A stretch of 64,000 nucleotides of DNA. Source: a virus. Position 1 is the first letter of the stretch; each line of letters starts with the position of its first letter. Shown here in pieces: positions 49,729 to 57,343 of this stretch. Location of the stretch: positions 15,320-79,319 of IMG/VR virus record IMGVR_UViG_3300043399_001092. One strand, 5' to 3'. The position numbers and the translations under genes were made by a program. Below the pieces are notes generated by a model. That model made no database searches. It was given only the letters and a program-made list of their open reading frames with translations, and was not told the origin of the DNA.

Positions 49729-49756
49729 GGGCCGTGTAACAGCGGCCCTTTTCTTT
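49729..49756 (+). terminator. Intrinsic terminator
   Basis: gggccg/cggccc followed by ttttcttt. Confidence 0.6.
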
Positions 49757-49774
49757 CACCTTTAATCTACAAGT

Positions 49775-50416
49775 ATGAACAAATGTACCATCAACCCTCT
49801 TGTTGACGCTCTTCTTGGGACAGGGATGTCCTTGGATGAAGCGTTGAGAACCTTTGACCGGTGGAAAGACACCGATGAGTTTTTCTTCACCGAAGAACAA
49901 GTGGATACCAGTGACGCGGAAGTCCTGGATAACTATCCGCTTATTTACAAAGTTCCCTACAATGGAGAGCATTTTTATGTTGAAGGTGAACACGTACCTC
50001 AAGGAACGTTTGTGTTTCGAGATAGGGAGTACGGGTTTGTCGTTGGTGTGAAAAGAGAGATAGTGTTTAAGCACTATCGTGGTTACGAAGTAACCGCCGT
50101 TCAAGTCGGTGACAATTTGTTCTTTGAAAGCGTTTCTCCTTCAACCCGTGAACGGTTGGAGTTTGAAACGTATGCCGAAGCACACGGAAACGCAAGAATA
50201 ACTGACGGAATTGGTAATTTGCTGTCAATGTACGGAAACTACCAAGACAAAAAAACTGGTTTGTACTTCCAAGTACATCCAGTGTTCATTGTCAACGACT
50301 TATTTTTCACGGTGGTTTACAAAGAAGACATCAACGATGAAGTGTTTACTAAAATCAAAGAATGGGACGAAAACCCATTTAAACTGATTGACAAGATTAT
50401 TCAACAACATTCCTAA
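49775..50416 (+). CDS. Hypothetical protein, paralog of 50437-51072
   Basis: Shared N-terminus INP.V..LL..G....EA...F..WK. Confidence 0.75.
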   Translation: MNKCTINPLVDALLGTGMSLDEALRTFDRWKDTDEFFFTEEQVDTSDAEVLDNYPLIYKVPYNGEHFYVEGEHVPQGTFVFRDREYGFVVGVKREIVFKHYRGYEVTAVQVGDNLFFESVSPSTRERLEFETYAEAHGNARITDGIGNLLSMYGNYQDKKTGLYFQVHPVFIVNDLFFTVVYKEDINDEVFTKIKEWDENPFKLIDKIIQQHS

Positions 50417-50436
50417 CCTTTCAAATCTTTTCTACG

Positions 50437-51072
50437 ATGAGAAATGCAAAGATTAATCCTTTTGTAAAAGACCTTCTTGACTTGGGTAAAACCATTCAGG
50501 AGGCCGTCAAGATTTTCCACACCTGGAAGAACATCCCGGTGTTCTACACCAATGAACCTCAAGAGGGTGAACCGGTTGCCGTCATTGACGATGAACCAAT
50601 TTACCCGGCCACCGATGGACATTTTCTTGTCTATTTTAACAACAACCGCCGGAAGATCTTTCTCAAGGATGGTCGGGAAGCAACAGAGATTGATGAGAAT
50701 CAACTGGTCTTTGTTTCCAATATGGCAGCAGAAATTATTGCCGAAAAAAGAACTTGGGGTGATAAGATGTTTGTGTACTGGAGCAAGAAAAAACCAGAAT
50801 ACGACTATGAAAGCTTTGCAGCTTGTGCTTTTGTACACACCCTTGGTCTTACAGCTGTCATATCGTATGTAGCTACGTATTTTAGCACTGAATTTCAGTG
50901 TACTGTTGTCATCAATCCAATGCTGATAAGCCAAAACGATCGACATCAAGTGTTCTTCTGCGCTTCTATCCACGTGGGTAGCGAGTGCAAAGAGGTCAAC
51001 GAGTTTTTCAACAACCCCTTCGAGTGTATCTCGGAGGAGTTCTTCAACAAACACTTATTGAACAATGTCTAA
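50437..51072 (+). CDS. Hypothetical protein, paralog of 49775-50416
   Basis: Shared N-terminus as above. Confidence 0.75.
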   Translation: MRNAKINPFVKDLLDLGKTIQEAVKIFHTWKNIPVFYTNEPQEGEPVAVIDDEPIYPATDGHFLVYFNNNRRKIFLKDGREATEIDENQLVFVSNMAAEIIAEKRTWGDKMFVYWSKKKPEYDYESFAACAFVHTLGLTAVISYVATYFSTEFQCTVVINPMLISQNDRHQVFFCASIHVGSECKEVNEFFNNPFECISEEFFNKHLLNNV

Positions 51073-51400
51073 CCCGGCACTTACGTTTGTGAACATCACT
51101 GGTGATACCATTGATGTTTACAAGGACGAACATGGTCGTACTGTTTACCGAATCCTCGGTAAGGAGTACACCAACCTGGAAGACTTCTGTAACCAGGGTG
51201 GTCACGTACACAACTTTGGTTGTTCGTTCAAAACAGAACGAGGAGCTGCGTGTTCCATTACTGTTCATCAACTTCCGAGTAACCGGATTATCTTTGTGCT
51301 GAGTAGTAACAGACCGGATTACACCCGTCCTTCAGTACTTCGAGATCCCCTTGAGTTAATCGAGGGCCTTGGTCAAATTACACTGTCCAATGAACATTGA
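51065..51400 (+). CDS. Hypothetical protein
   Basis: Overlapping operon ORF. Confidence 0.65.
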   Translation: MSNPALTFVNITGDTIDVYKDEHGRTVYRILGKEYTNLEDFCNQGGHVHNFGCSFKTERGAACSITVHQLPSNRIIFVLSSNRPDYTRPSVLRDPLELIEGLGQITLSNEH

Positions 51401-51638
51401 CCCCAACGCAGTAGCTAATAGTTTGGACGTAAATCAATGCCAAAAGGTAATTGATGAATGTACCGAGCACCTCAAATATCTTTCCTTAGATGCCAATCCA
51501 GAGGTCTTCTGGAGGCAACAGAGGATAAGGTCTTTGAAGACGTTAGCTGAGAATCGCCTTCAATGGTTAACACAACAAGACCAGAAGCTCAAAGAGCAAC
51601 TGGTTCAACTTTCATCTATTAAATTCCCCAAAGTATGA
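51390..51638 (+). CDS. Hypothetical helical protein
   Basis: ATG 51390; operon packing. Confidence 0.6.
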   Translation: MNIDPNAVANSLDVNQCQKVIDECTEHLKYLSLDANPEVFWRQQRIRSLKTLAENRLQWLTQQDQKLKEQLVQLSSIKFPKV

Positions 51639-51976
51639 AGAAAATCATTTTCCTTTTTAGCTTTGTAGCGTTGTTCTTTGACATCAACGCACAAGTCACT
51701 CGTAACCACCAGTACGACGGTGACTGCCACCAGATTCAAGATTCCTTCCGTATTCGGATTGTGACTTTGAGCACACCGGATCCTTGGGAACCGATTGATG
51801 TTCCCTATGTTGTGGAGAAAGAAGGCGACCTGTACGCTTTCTTCACCAAAGTACATGGAACGTACTGCGAAATGTTGTTCTTACAGTCAACTATTACGCG
51901 GTACATGACAAAGATTGTCCGCGTCCGACAGAAGTTGGATGCTGCAAATAAGAAGAAGGTTAAGAAGCAAAAGTAG
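51635..51976 (+). CDS. Secreted hypothetical protein
   Basis: Signal peptide MKKIIFLFSFVALFFDINA-Q. Confidence 0.65.
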   Translation: MKKIIFLFSFVALFFDINAQVTRNHQYDGDCHQIQDSFRIRIVTLSTPDPWEPIDVPYVVEKEGDLYAFFTKVHGTYCEMLFLQSTITRYMTKIVRVRQKLDAANKKKVKKQK

Positions 51977-51991
51977 ATAAGGGATACGTAA

Positions 51992-52024
51992 AAGCCGTTG
52001 CAGCAATGTAGCGGCTTATTTTTT
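51992..52024 (+). terminator. Intrinsic terminator
   Basis: aagccgttgca/tgtagcggctt followed by a T run. Confidence 0.7.
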
Positions 52025-52043
52025 CACCTCAAAATCAATTCTT

Positions 52044-52463
52044 ATGAGTTATCACACTTATTTTACCTGTAACGTGTACGGGGATATTAAAAACCGTAAG
52101 CGTATTGCGGAATTGGAAGAGGCTTTGGAAAAAGCCAAAGCTGAAGGTGGTGTTTTAGCTGAAGTAACTATTCCTCTGATTGAAAATGAATTGGAATGGG
52201 AGTTAGATTACGACATTGAAAATGAGATAGAAAATATAAGAAGTGAAAATGACGATGCCGCACTAAATGAATTTTGCGAATGGAAATATCACGAGGACGA
52301 CATGAAAGAAATTTCTCTCAAGCACCCAAATGTTCTCTTTGAATTAAGGGGATACGGAGATTCTCCTTGGGATGTGTGGGTCAAATACTTTTGCGACGGA
52401 ATGATGCAGGTGGCCAAAGTAACCATTACTGCTGAATCTGTTGATAAGAGCAAGTTTGTTTAA
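52044..52463 (+). CDS. Hypothetical acidic phage protein
   Basis: W...EDDM..IS..HP.VLF.L.G.G...D.W..YF..G pattern. Confidence 0.7.
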   Translation: MSYHTYFTCNVYGDIKNRKRIAELEEALEKAKAEGGVLAEVTIPLIENELEWELDYDIENEIENIRSENDDAALNEFCEWKYHEDDMKEISLKHPNVLFELRGYGDSPWDVWVKYFCDGMMQVAKVTITAESVDKSKFV

Positions 52464-52549
52464 TTTCAAAATCTATAAACGGATTGGCCCCGTAACTCAA
52501 TAGGATAGAGTAACTGCCTTCAAATTAGGAGCACTTTGGTAGTAATACC

Positions 52550-53074
52550 TTATGTGAATTTCGGCTGATCAGGAAAGACTAAAGTTACTAAACCATTATC
52601 AAATTCCCAATGGCAATTTGGACAAAGTTGAACAACGTTGCTTTCAGCGTTTACTTCTTTTAATTTTGCTGTTGGCTCAAAGGAGCTTAAAGGTTTTATG
52701 TGCGCTAACTCAACATGCTTTGAATATCCGCATATATGACAAGGCAAAGAAAGTTTATCTTTATGCCAACTTCTACAAAGACCTCTAATGTGAGCAAATT
52801 TACTTGACGCATGAAGTCTTTTGATACAATTCCGATTGGTATAATCTGCAAGGGTTAATTCGAGTAAACTTCTTTTTCTTCCTTTTAAGTAATCTTGAAA
52901 ATGGTATTCACAAAGTTTGCTTTTGTAATTTCGAACAACTGATTCGCACTGAGAACATTTTTTAGAAATCTTTCTTTTTGGAATCTTGTTGCTTTGTTTT
53001 GCAGCACAACTTTTTGAGCAAAACTTTGGATTTGAGGTTTCAATACCGCAATGAAAACAGTTTTTAGTAATCAT
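52550..53074 (-). CDS. HNH homing endonuclease with N-terminal Cys zinc-binding motifs, antisense within the intron
   Basis: CHICG...ELAHIKP...N...NVVQLCPNCHWEFD; N-terminal CxxC...CSKSC. Confidence 0.88.
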   Translation of the reverse strand: MITKNCFHCGIETSNPKFCSKSCAAKQSNKIPKRKISKKCSQCESVVRNYKSKLCEYHFQDYLKGRKRSLLELTLADYTNRNCIKRLHASSKFAHIRGLCRSWHKDKLSLPCHICGYSKHVELAHIKPLSSFEPTAKLKEVNAESNVVQLCPNCHWEFDNGLVTLVFPDQPKFT

Positions 53075-53172
53075 GTTAATCGTGAGTTGATTTAAGAAAT
53101 TAAGTTAACGCAGAGACTGTACGCCGAACACCCTACCGAATAATGTCGAGGGTGAAGAGACAGTCCAGACCA

Positions 53173-53180
53173 CAAATATA
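53173..53180 (-). promoter_or_regulatory. Candidate -7 promoter element (TATATTTG) for the antisense HNH gene
   Basis: Exact TAnnTTTG about 100 nt upstream of the HNH ATG, inside the intron 3' region. Confidence 0.55.
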
Positions 53181-53324
53181 CGAAACTTTTTCGAAAAACA
53201 CCTTTTTTCCGAAAATAAAATTTAGTTCGTATAGCGGTGAAAACCGTAGTTGGTAAGCTAAGCAGTAAGTTACTGGTTCGAGCCCAGTCGGGGTCACATT
53301 TATTCACACTTAAACACTATTTGT

Positions 53325-53954
53325 ATGCTACAAAAAGAATTTGTGCCAAAGGAATTGGCGATTAAACTCAGAGATCTGGATTTTAACGAACCTTGTTTGT
53401 TTGTTTATCGTATGGAATCCCTGTACACACCAATAGTTTCCAATTTCTTAGATAACTTGAAAGAGGAAATTGAGTGTTACCGTAACACTAAAATGGTTAA
53501 TTGGGTTTCTGCCCCAAGCTACTCACAAGCGTTTCGGTGGTTCCGGGAGGTGCATGGATTGGTTGTTGAAATCACAACAGGTGGTCGTCCAAAAGAATAC
53601 TATGTGTTCGTTGATGGTTATATCTACGATGAGTACGATACAAACAACCAAAAAAGTTTCTCTTATGACGATGCCCAAGAAGCGGCTTTGAAGCGGCTTA
53701 TTGAGCTTGTCGAAGAAAGACAGAAGCAACCTAAACCGGTTCCGGTTGAAAAGACGTTGCATACCCTGTCTATTTACGCAACCATTAACGAGAAGCTCCA
53801 GGAGGAAGGCTATGAGCCGATTACCTTCCAGAGGGCTGTTGAGTTAGGGTTGAACGAGAAAACTCAAGAGAGCGACGTTGAGAGCTTTGTAGAGTACTTC
53901 TACACGAAAGAAGATCAAGAGATGAACAACAAGGATGAAACATTGCCTTGTTGA
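53325..53954 (+). CDS. Conserved Bacteroidota-phage hypothetical protein
   Basis: FV..ELA.KL....FNEPC and SAP...QAFRWFRE..GL motifs. Confidence 0.75.
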   Translation: MLQKEFVPKELAIKLRDLDFNEPCLFVYRMESLYTPIVSNFLDNLKEEIECYRNTKMVNWVSAPSYSQAFRWFREVHGLVVEITTGGRPKEYYVFVDGYIYDEYDTNNQKSFSYDDAQEAALKRLIELVEERQKQPKPVPVEKTLHTLSIYATINEKLQEEGYEPITFQRAVELGLNEKTQESDVESFVEYFYTKEDQEMNNKDETLPC

Positions 53955-53976
53955 GGTAGTGAACTCCCCAAAACAT

Positions 53977-54007
53977 TTTGATATGTCGAGGGGAGTTCTT
54001 ATCTTTG
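53977..54007 (+). promoter_or_regulatory. Bacteroidota sigma-A promoter (TTTG-N19-TATCTTTG)
   Basis: Full -33/-7 consensus with 19-nt spacer, overlapping the inverted repeat gaactcccc/ggggagttc; upstream of the tRNA-like cluster. Confidence 0.75.
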
Positions 54008-54038
54008 TACAAGTTCTTTAACCAACAACCAATGTCTT

Positions 54039-54227
54039 ATGGCAAAAAGTAAAAAAAAGGACTTTCAGATGGTGATAAGAAAAATCGACAACGACGGTTT
54101 CGATTATTGCTTTGCCGAGTACAATGAATTTGAGGAAATCAAAGACAAGAAGTTTCACGAGCTGCGTAAAGCATACGTGAAAGCTAAAGAAGAACTCGAG
54201 CTTTACGTTTACGAGAAAGCTGAATAG
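54039..54227 (+). CDS. Hypothetical protein
   Basis: ORF directly below the promoter. Confidence 0.7.
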   Translation: MAKSKKKDFQMVIRKIDNDGFDYCFAEYNEFEEIKDKKFHELRKAYVKAKEELELYVYEKAE

Positions 54228-54237
54228 TAAAAGGTTT

Positions 54238-54311
54238 GGCCGGGTGGTGAAATGGTATGACGAGACTGCTTAACAGCGGTAGAGTTGTAGGTTCGAGACC
54301 TGCCCCAACCA
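54238..54311 (+). tRNA. Degenerate tRNA-like RNA with 4-nt loop in the anticodon arm
   Basis: T arm GTAGG-TTCGAGA-CCTGC, D-like GTGAAATGGTATGAC, ACTGCT-TAAC-AGCGGT; acceptor has two C/A mismatches. Confidence 0.6.
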
Positions 54312-54342
54312 CATTATTTAAATAACCTAAATTTTATTAATC

Positions 54343-54588
54343 ATGAAAATTACAGTAATTCACAGGCCAGACGAAGAAGATTTTGGAAAATACGAAGAGG
54401 TAACAACCAAAATCGAAACCCAAGAAGGTGAGAAGTCGGTATCTTTTTCAGGTGGTGAACCCGAAGATATGACAATTTCACGAGACCTGAGTGACGCTTG
54501 GCTTATTGAAAGTCTTCTTGTTATGGCGTACAACGCTGGAAAAAATGGGGAAGAACTCCAATTTGAAGAAATAACAGATGAAGATTAA
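54343..54588 (+). CDS. Hypothetical acidic protein
   Basis: ORF with typical leader. Confidence 0.7.
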   Translation: MKITVIHRPDEEDFGKYEEVTTKIETQEGEKSVSFSGGEPEDMTISRDLSDAWLIESLLVMAYNAGKNGEELQFEEITDED

Positions 54589-54657
54589 AGGCTGTTTGCT
54601 ACAATAAGTTCTGGTCATTATCCCGATCACTATTATTCACACTTTAAATCTTTTACC

Positions 54658-54828
54658 ATGACAGTTAGAGAAACTCTCAAGAAGTTTATTACTGCGCCGA
54701 ACTACAACGAAGTGCGTAAAAGTGTTGATGACAGTTTCATTGAACTTGTCAAAGAGATGTTGCCAAGTGACTACGAGTACATCGAGGAGAAAGAAAAGGC
54801 TTACCAAGAGTCTTTGAAACAACAGTAA
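54658..54828 (+). CDS. Hypothetical protein (56 aa, not in ORF track)
   Basis: MTVRETLKKF...QESLKQQ after a typical leader. Confidence 0.65.
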   Translation: MTVRETLKKFITAPNYNEVRKSVDDSFIELVKEMLPSDYEYIEEKEKAYQESLKQQ

Positions 54829-54838
54829 GATAGGGTTT

Positions 54839-54938
54839 GGCCGGGTGGCAAAGTGGTTAAGCACTGGTAGCAGATTCAAGAGATAGCATCAAATGTGTAA
54901 CTCCCAGAAGGACACTGGTTCGATTCCAGTCCCGGCCA
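54839..54938 (+). tRNA. tRNA-like RNA with 36-nt insert replacing the anticodon loop
   Basis: Perfect acceptor GGCCGGG/CCCGGCC, T arm ACTGG-TTCGATT-CCAGT, D loop with GG, CTGG/CCAG enclosing 54868-54903. Confidence 0.75.
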
Positions 54939-54942
54939 CAAA

Positions 54943-55073
54943 TGGTTATAGTCCCTAAGAGTTGTGGCAATTAAAACGATGTTGCCATTATCGAAAGATA
55001 CCTCATCATAAAACTCTGGGCAAAATCCTCTAACGGGAAACCGGAACAGGTTGACAGCTTGGAAAGACAAGCA
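54943..55073 (+). ncRNA. Structured RNA between two tRNA-like elements
   Basis: ccc..agagtt/aactct.ggg, tggcaa/ttgcca, two GAAA tetraloop hairpins, terminal gcttg-gaaaga-caagc. Confidence 0.55.
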
Positions 55074-55081
55074 CTTTTTTT

Positions 55082-55207
55082 GGTCGGGTGGCGGAATTGG
55101 TAGACGCAGTTCGTAAGTGAGTAATAGAGTAAGCGTGGAAAATAGCACTACTCGGCTTATCGCCTCACAACGGGCTCCAATCACAGGTTCGAATCCTGTC
55201 CTGACCA
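55082..55207 (+). tRNA. tRNA-like RNA (Leu-type D arm) with ~55-nt structured extension of the anticodon arm
   Basis: Acceptor GGTCGGG/CCTGACC, D arm GCG-GAATTGGTAGA-CGC, T arm ACAGG-TTCGAAT-CCTGT; GTTCGT/ACGGGC, GTGAG/CTCAC and GAGTA/TACTC nested stems. Confidence 0.78.
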
Positions 55208-55234
55208 CATTATTTCACAACCAAATTTATTCAC

Positions 55235-55573
55235 ATGAAGAACAAACTTACAGTAGGTCAAAAGCTCTGGTTGTCTTTGTATAGAAACAATCGCAGAGAA
55301 GAGCTGAAAGAAGTTACGGTAGAAACCGTGGGTAAGAAATACTTTACTCTTGAAGAATTGCCGTGGGATAAGTTTACAGTTGAAGACTTATACCTTGTTT
55401 ATAATGGAAAAGGCTCAAAATATGATCGTTGCTACTTATCAAAGCAGGATTATGAAAATCAAGAAGAGGTTGATAGCATAAATCGGTTTTTGATAAAATA
55501 TTTTGATTATGGCCACAAGAACAATCTTACCCTTGATCAACTACGGCGTATCAAAGCCATCACTGAAGAGTAA
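55235..55573 (+). CDS. Hypothetical beta-barrel-like phage protein
   Basis: L.VGQKL...VTV..VG.KYF pattern. Confidence 0.7.
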   Translation: MKNKLTVGQKLWLSLYRNNRREELKEVTVETVGKKYFTLEELPWDKFTVEDLYLVYNGKGSKYDRCYLSKQDYENQEEVDSINRFLIKYFDYGHKNNLTLDQLRRIKAITEE

Positions 55574-55602
55574 CCAGTTTCATCAACCTTTAATTTATTA
55601 TT

Positions 55603-56217
55603 ATGTCAGAGAAACACGTGCGTCTTGAAAAGAATGGGCGCAAACTCAACATGTTTATCTATTCTGAGGGTAAAGTGTCTTCGTTGTACGAAGAAACCTT
55701 TGACAACCCGGAGTACAAAGCTATCGGTCAAGTACCGTATTCCGATCTGAAGGGAGTCAAAGACTTCTTAACAAGTCTGGACAATCCTACGGCAATTGAG
55801 GGAATTATGGATACCGTTAGTTGCATTTTCTCTTCTCCGATGTGTTGGGGTAACAAGCGGTTGATTTCCTTTAGAGTTTTTGAAGACAAAAGCTTTTCGT
55901 ATTCCGAAACACTTGGAGGCGATAGTGTTACTCTCTGCTTAAATGAAAAAGGTCAGATTGTAGAAAAAACGATCAACCGCCACGTTGAAAGCTTTATCTA
56001 TGATGATCGTGGCAACATCACGTTCCAGAAAGAACAGTGTAAGAACGGATATATTACGTTCAAAAACATGTTCTACGACAAACGCAACCGGTTGATCTTT
56101 GAAGGAAGATCTGATGGAAAATGGTCAGCGTGGGTGTACAACGAAGACGGAACCGTTGATTACTACGACGAGTCCGGGGATGTTGAAACCATCCACAACT
56201 GCCCTGGTCACAACTAA
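55603..56217 (+). CDS. Hypothetical protein with YD-like repeats
   Basis: YDDRGNI, YDKRNRL and YNEDGTV repeats. Confidence 0.7.
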   Translation: MSEKHVRLEKNGRKLNMFIYSEGKVSSLYEETFDNPEYKAIGQVPYSDLKGVKDFLTSLDNPTAIEGIMDTVSCIFSSPMCWGNKRLISFRVFEDKSFSYSETLGGDSVTLCLNEKGQIVEKTINRHVESFIYDDRGNITFQKEQCKNGYITFKNMFYDKRNRLIFEGRSDGKWSAWVYNEDGTVDYYDESGDVETIHNCPGHN

Positions 56218-56222
56218 CAAAA

Positions 56223-56330
56223 AAGGTGCTTCATTATAGGGTTAAGCCCTATAGAATAGGGTTCGAATCCCGCTTCTCCGCATGGGGGAGTGTACGTGAA
56301 GTTAAATGGGTCCACTTGGAAAACAGCCTT
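56223..56330 (+). ncRNA. Permuted tRNA-like / Y-RNA-like element
   Basis: T-loop hairpin GGG-TTCGAAT-CCC followed by a closed acceptor-like hairpin; flanks pair (gcttcat/gtgaagt). Confidence 0.45.
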
Positions 56331-56358
56331 TATTTTTTCACTTTCAAAACCATTTCAC

Positions 56359-56793
56359 ATGAGAGATTTAATCCTACAAGAATTGAACAATCTTGCTGAG
56401 GCGTTAAAAAAAGAAGTGCCTCAAACAAAGAAGATAACTGAATCTAAAAGCATAATTGAAGTTAAGCCAATAGAACTTTTGGATTTTATGAAGGATAATG
56501 ACATTCCGGACAATGCCGAGTTTGCATTTGATGAAGAAGATGTTTATTTGTGCTGGGATGTAGAAGTACCTATGACCAGCGCGGATAAAATAGAGTGGCT
56601 CAAAGAAATGTTCGAGGCTTACGCTTTTACTTATGTAAGAAAAGTACTGACTAAAAACGGATATAAAAGAGTCGGTGTTTATAGTAGCCAATTTGTAAAA
56701 TTTGACGACCAAACTCCTTTTGACCTGTACGCAAAAGGGGAATTTGACCGTCTTGTAGATTTCTACACTATGTACTTTGCACCTATTTCTTAA
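56359..56793 (+). CDS. Hypothetical protein
   Basis: Start moved to ATG 56359 after a typical leader. Confidence 0.7.
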   Translation: MRDLILQELNNLAEALKKEVPQTKKITESKSIIEVKPIELLDFMKDNDIPDNAEFAFDEEDVYLCWDVEVPMTSADKIEWLKEMFEAYAFTYVRKVLTKNGYKRVGVYSSQFVKFDDQTPFDLYAKGEFDRLVDFYTMYFAPIS

Positions 56794-56813
56794 CCTATTT
56801 CAAACCACATTGT

Positions 56814-57326
56814 ATGAAGCACAATTTGCTTAAGACCGAACAGTATTTACTGGTAGTGGATAATTCGGAAATCAAGGAAGGGGATTGGTTTTTGTCCAAA
56901 GAAAATGTTGTACATAATAACTTTGGATGGAATTTTGGCGATAGAAAAGTAATCGCTCACCTGCCCCTAAACGATGCACCTGATCTCAAAGGTGTGGACT
57001 TGTTGCCACCTTTGCCGACCGAAAGCGATGTGATGGATAAAATGCTTGATTCCCTTTTCGGGGAGGTCAATGGCTCCAATATCCATATTAGGGAGGTATT
57101 CATGACGGGTTACAAGAAAGCCAAAGAGAATTATAAGTACACGGAGGAGGATATGAGGAAGGCTATTGCATTTGGCGTAAGTGTAAGAGACCAAGGATTG
57201 CACTTAGACCAATTCATATATGACAAGTTCTTCCAACAGCTCAAACTACCAGAAATACCTGTTGCTTTTGAGTGTGTATCCAGACAACCGTACTACAAAG
57301 TGTGGGCAGGTAACTACATTTACTAA
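56814..57326 (+). CDS. Hypothetical Bacteroidota-phage protein
   Basis: EIKEGDW, KVIAHLPL and KYTEEDM motifs. Confidence 0.7.
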   Translation: MKHNLLKTEQYLLVVDNSEIKEGDWFLSKENVVHNNFGWNFGDRKVIAHLPLNDAPDLKGVDLLPPLPTESDVMDKMLDSLFGEVNGSNIHIREVFMTGYKKAKENYKYTEEDMRKAIAFGVSVRDQGLHLDQFIYDKFFQQLKLPEIPVAFECVSRQPYYKVWAGNYIY

Positions 57327-57343
57327 CGTTCAAATTTTCTACT

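Larger units (their letters stand above)
52521..53257 (+). mobile_element. Group I intron (737 nt) inserted between anticodon positions 34 and 35
   Basis: Exon ends in U, intron ends in G; P1 CUUC/GGAG with U.G at the splice site; P10 UUAG/CUAA; P3 ttcggc/gccgaa; P7 gactgt/acagtc; P8 caccct/agggtg. Confidence 0.9.
52486..53296 (+). tRNA. tRNA-Arg(UCU) split by a group I intron (exons 52486-52520 and 53258-53296)
   Basis: Joined exons form a full cloverleaf: acceptor GGCCCCG/CGGGGTC, D loop with A20, ACTGC-CTT^CTAA-GCAGT, T arm ACTGG-TTCGAGC-CCAGT. Confidence 0.92.

Noticed and set aside
54868-55170. Inserts in the tRNA-like RNAs as canonical introns
   Set aside because: Far too short for group I/II introns, no clear bulge-helix-bulge, and removal does not give a 7-nt loop with U33
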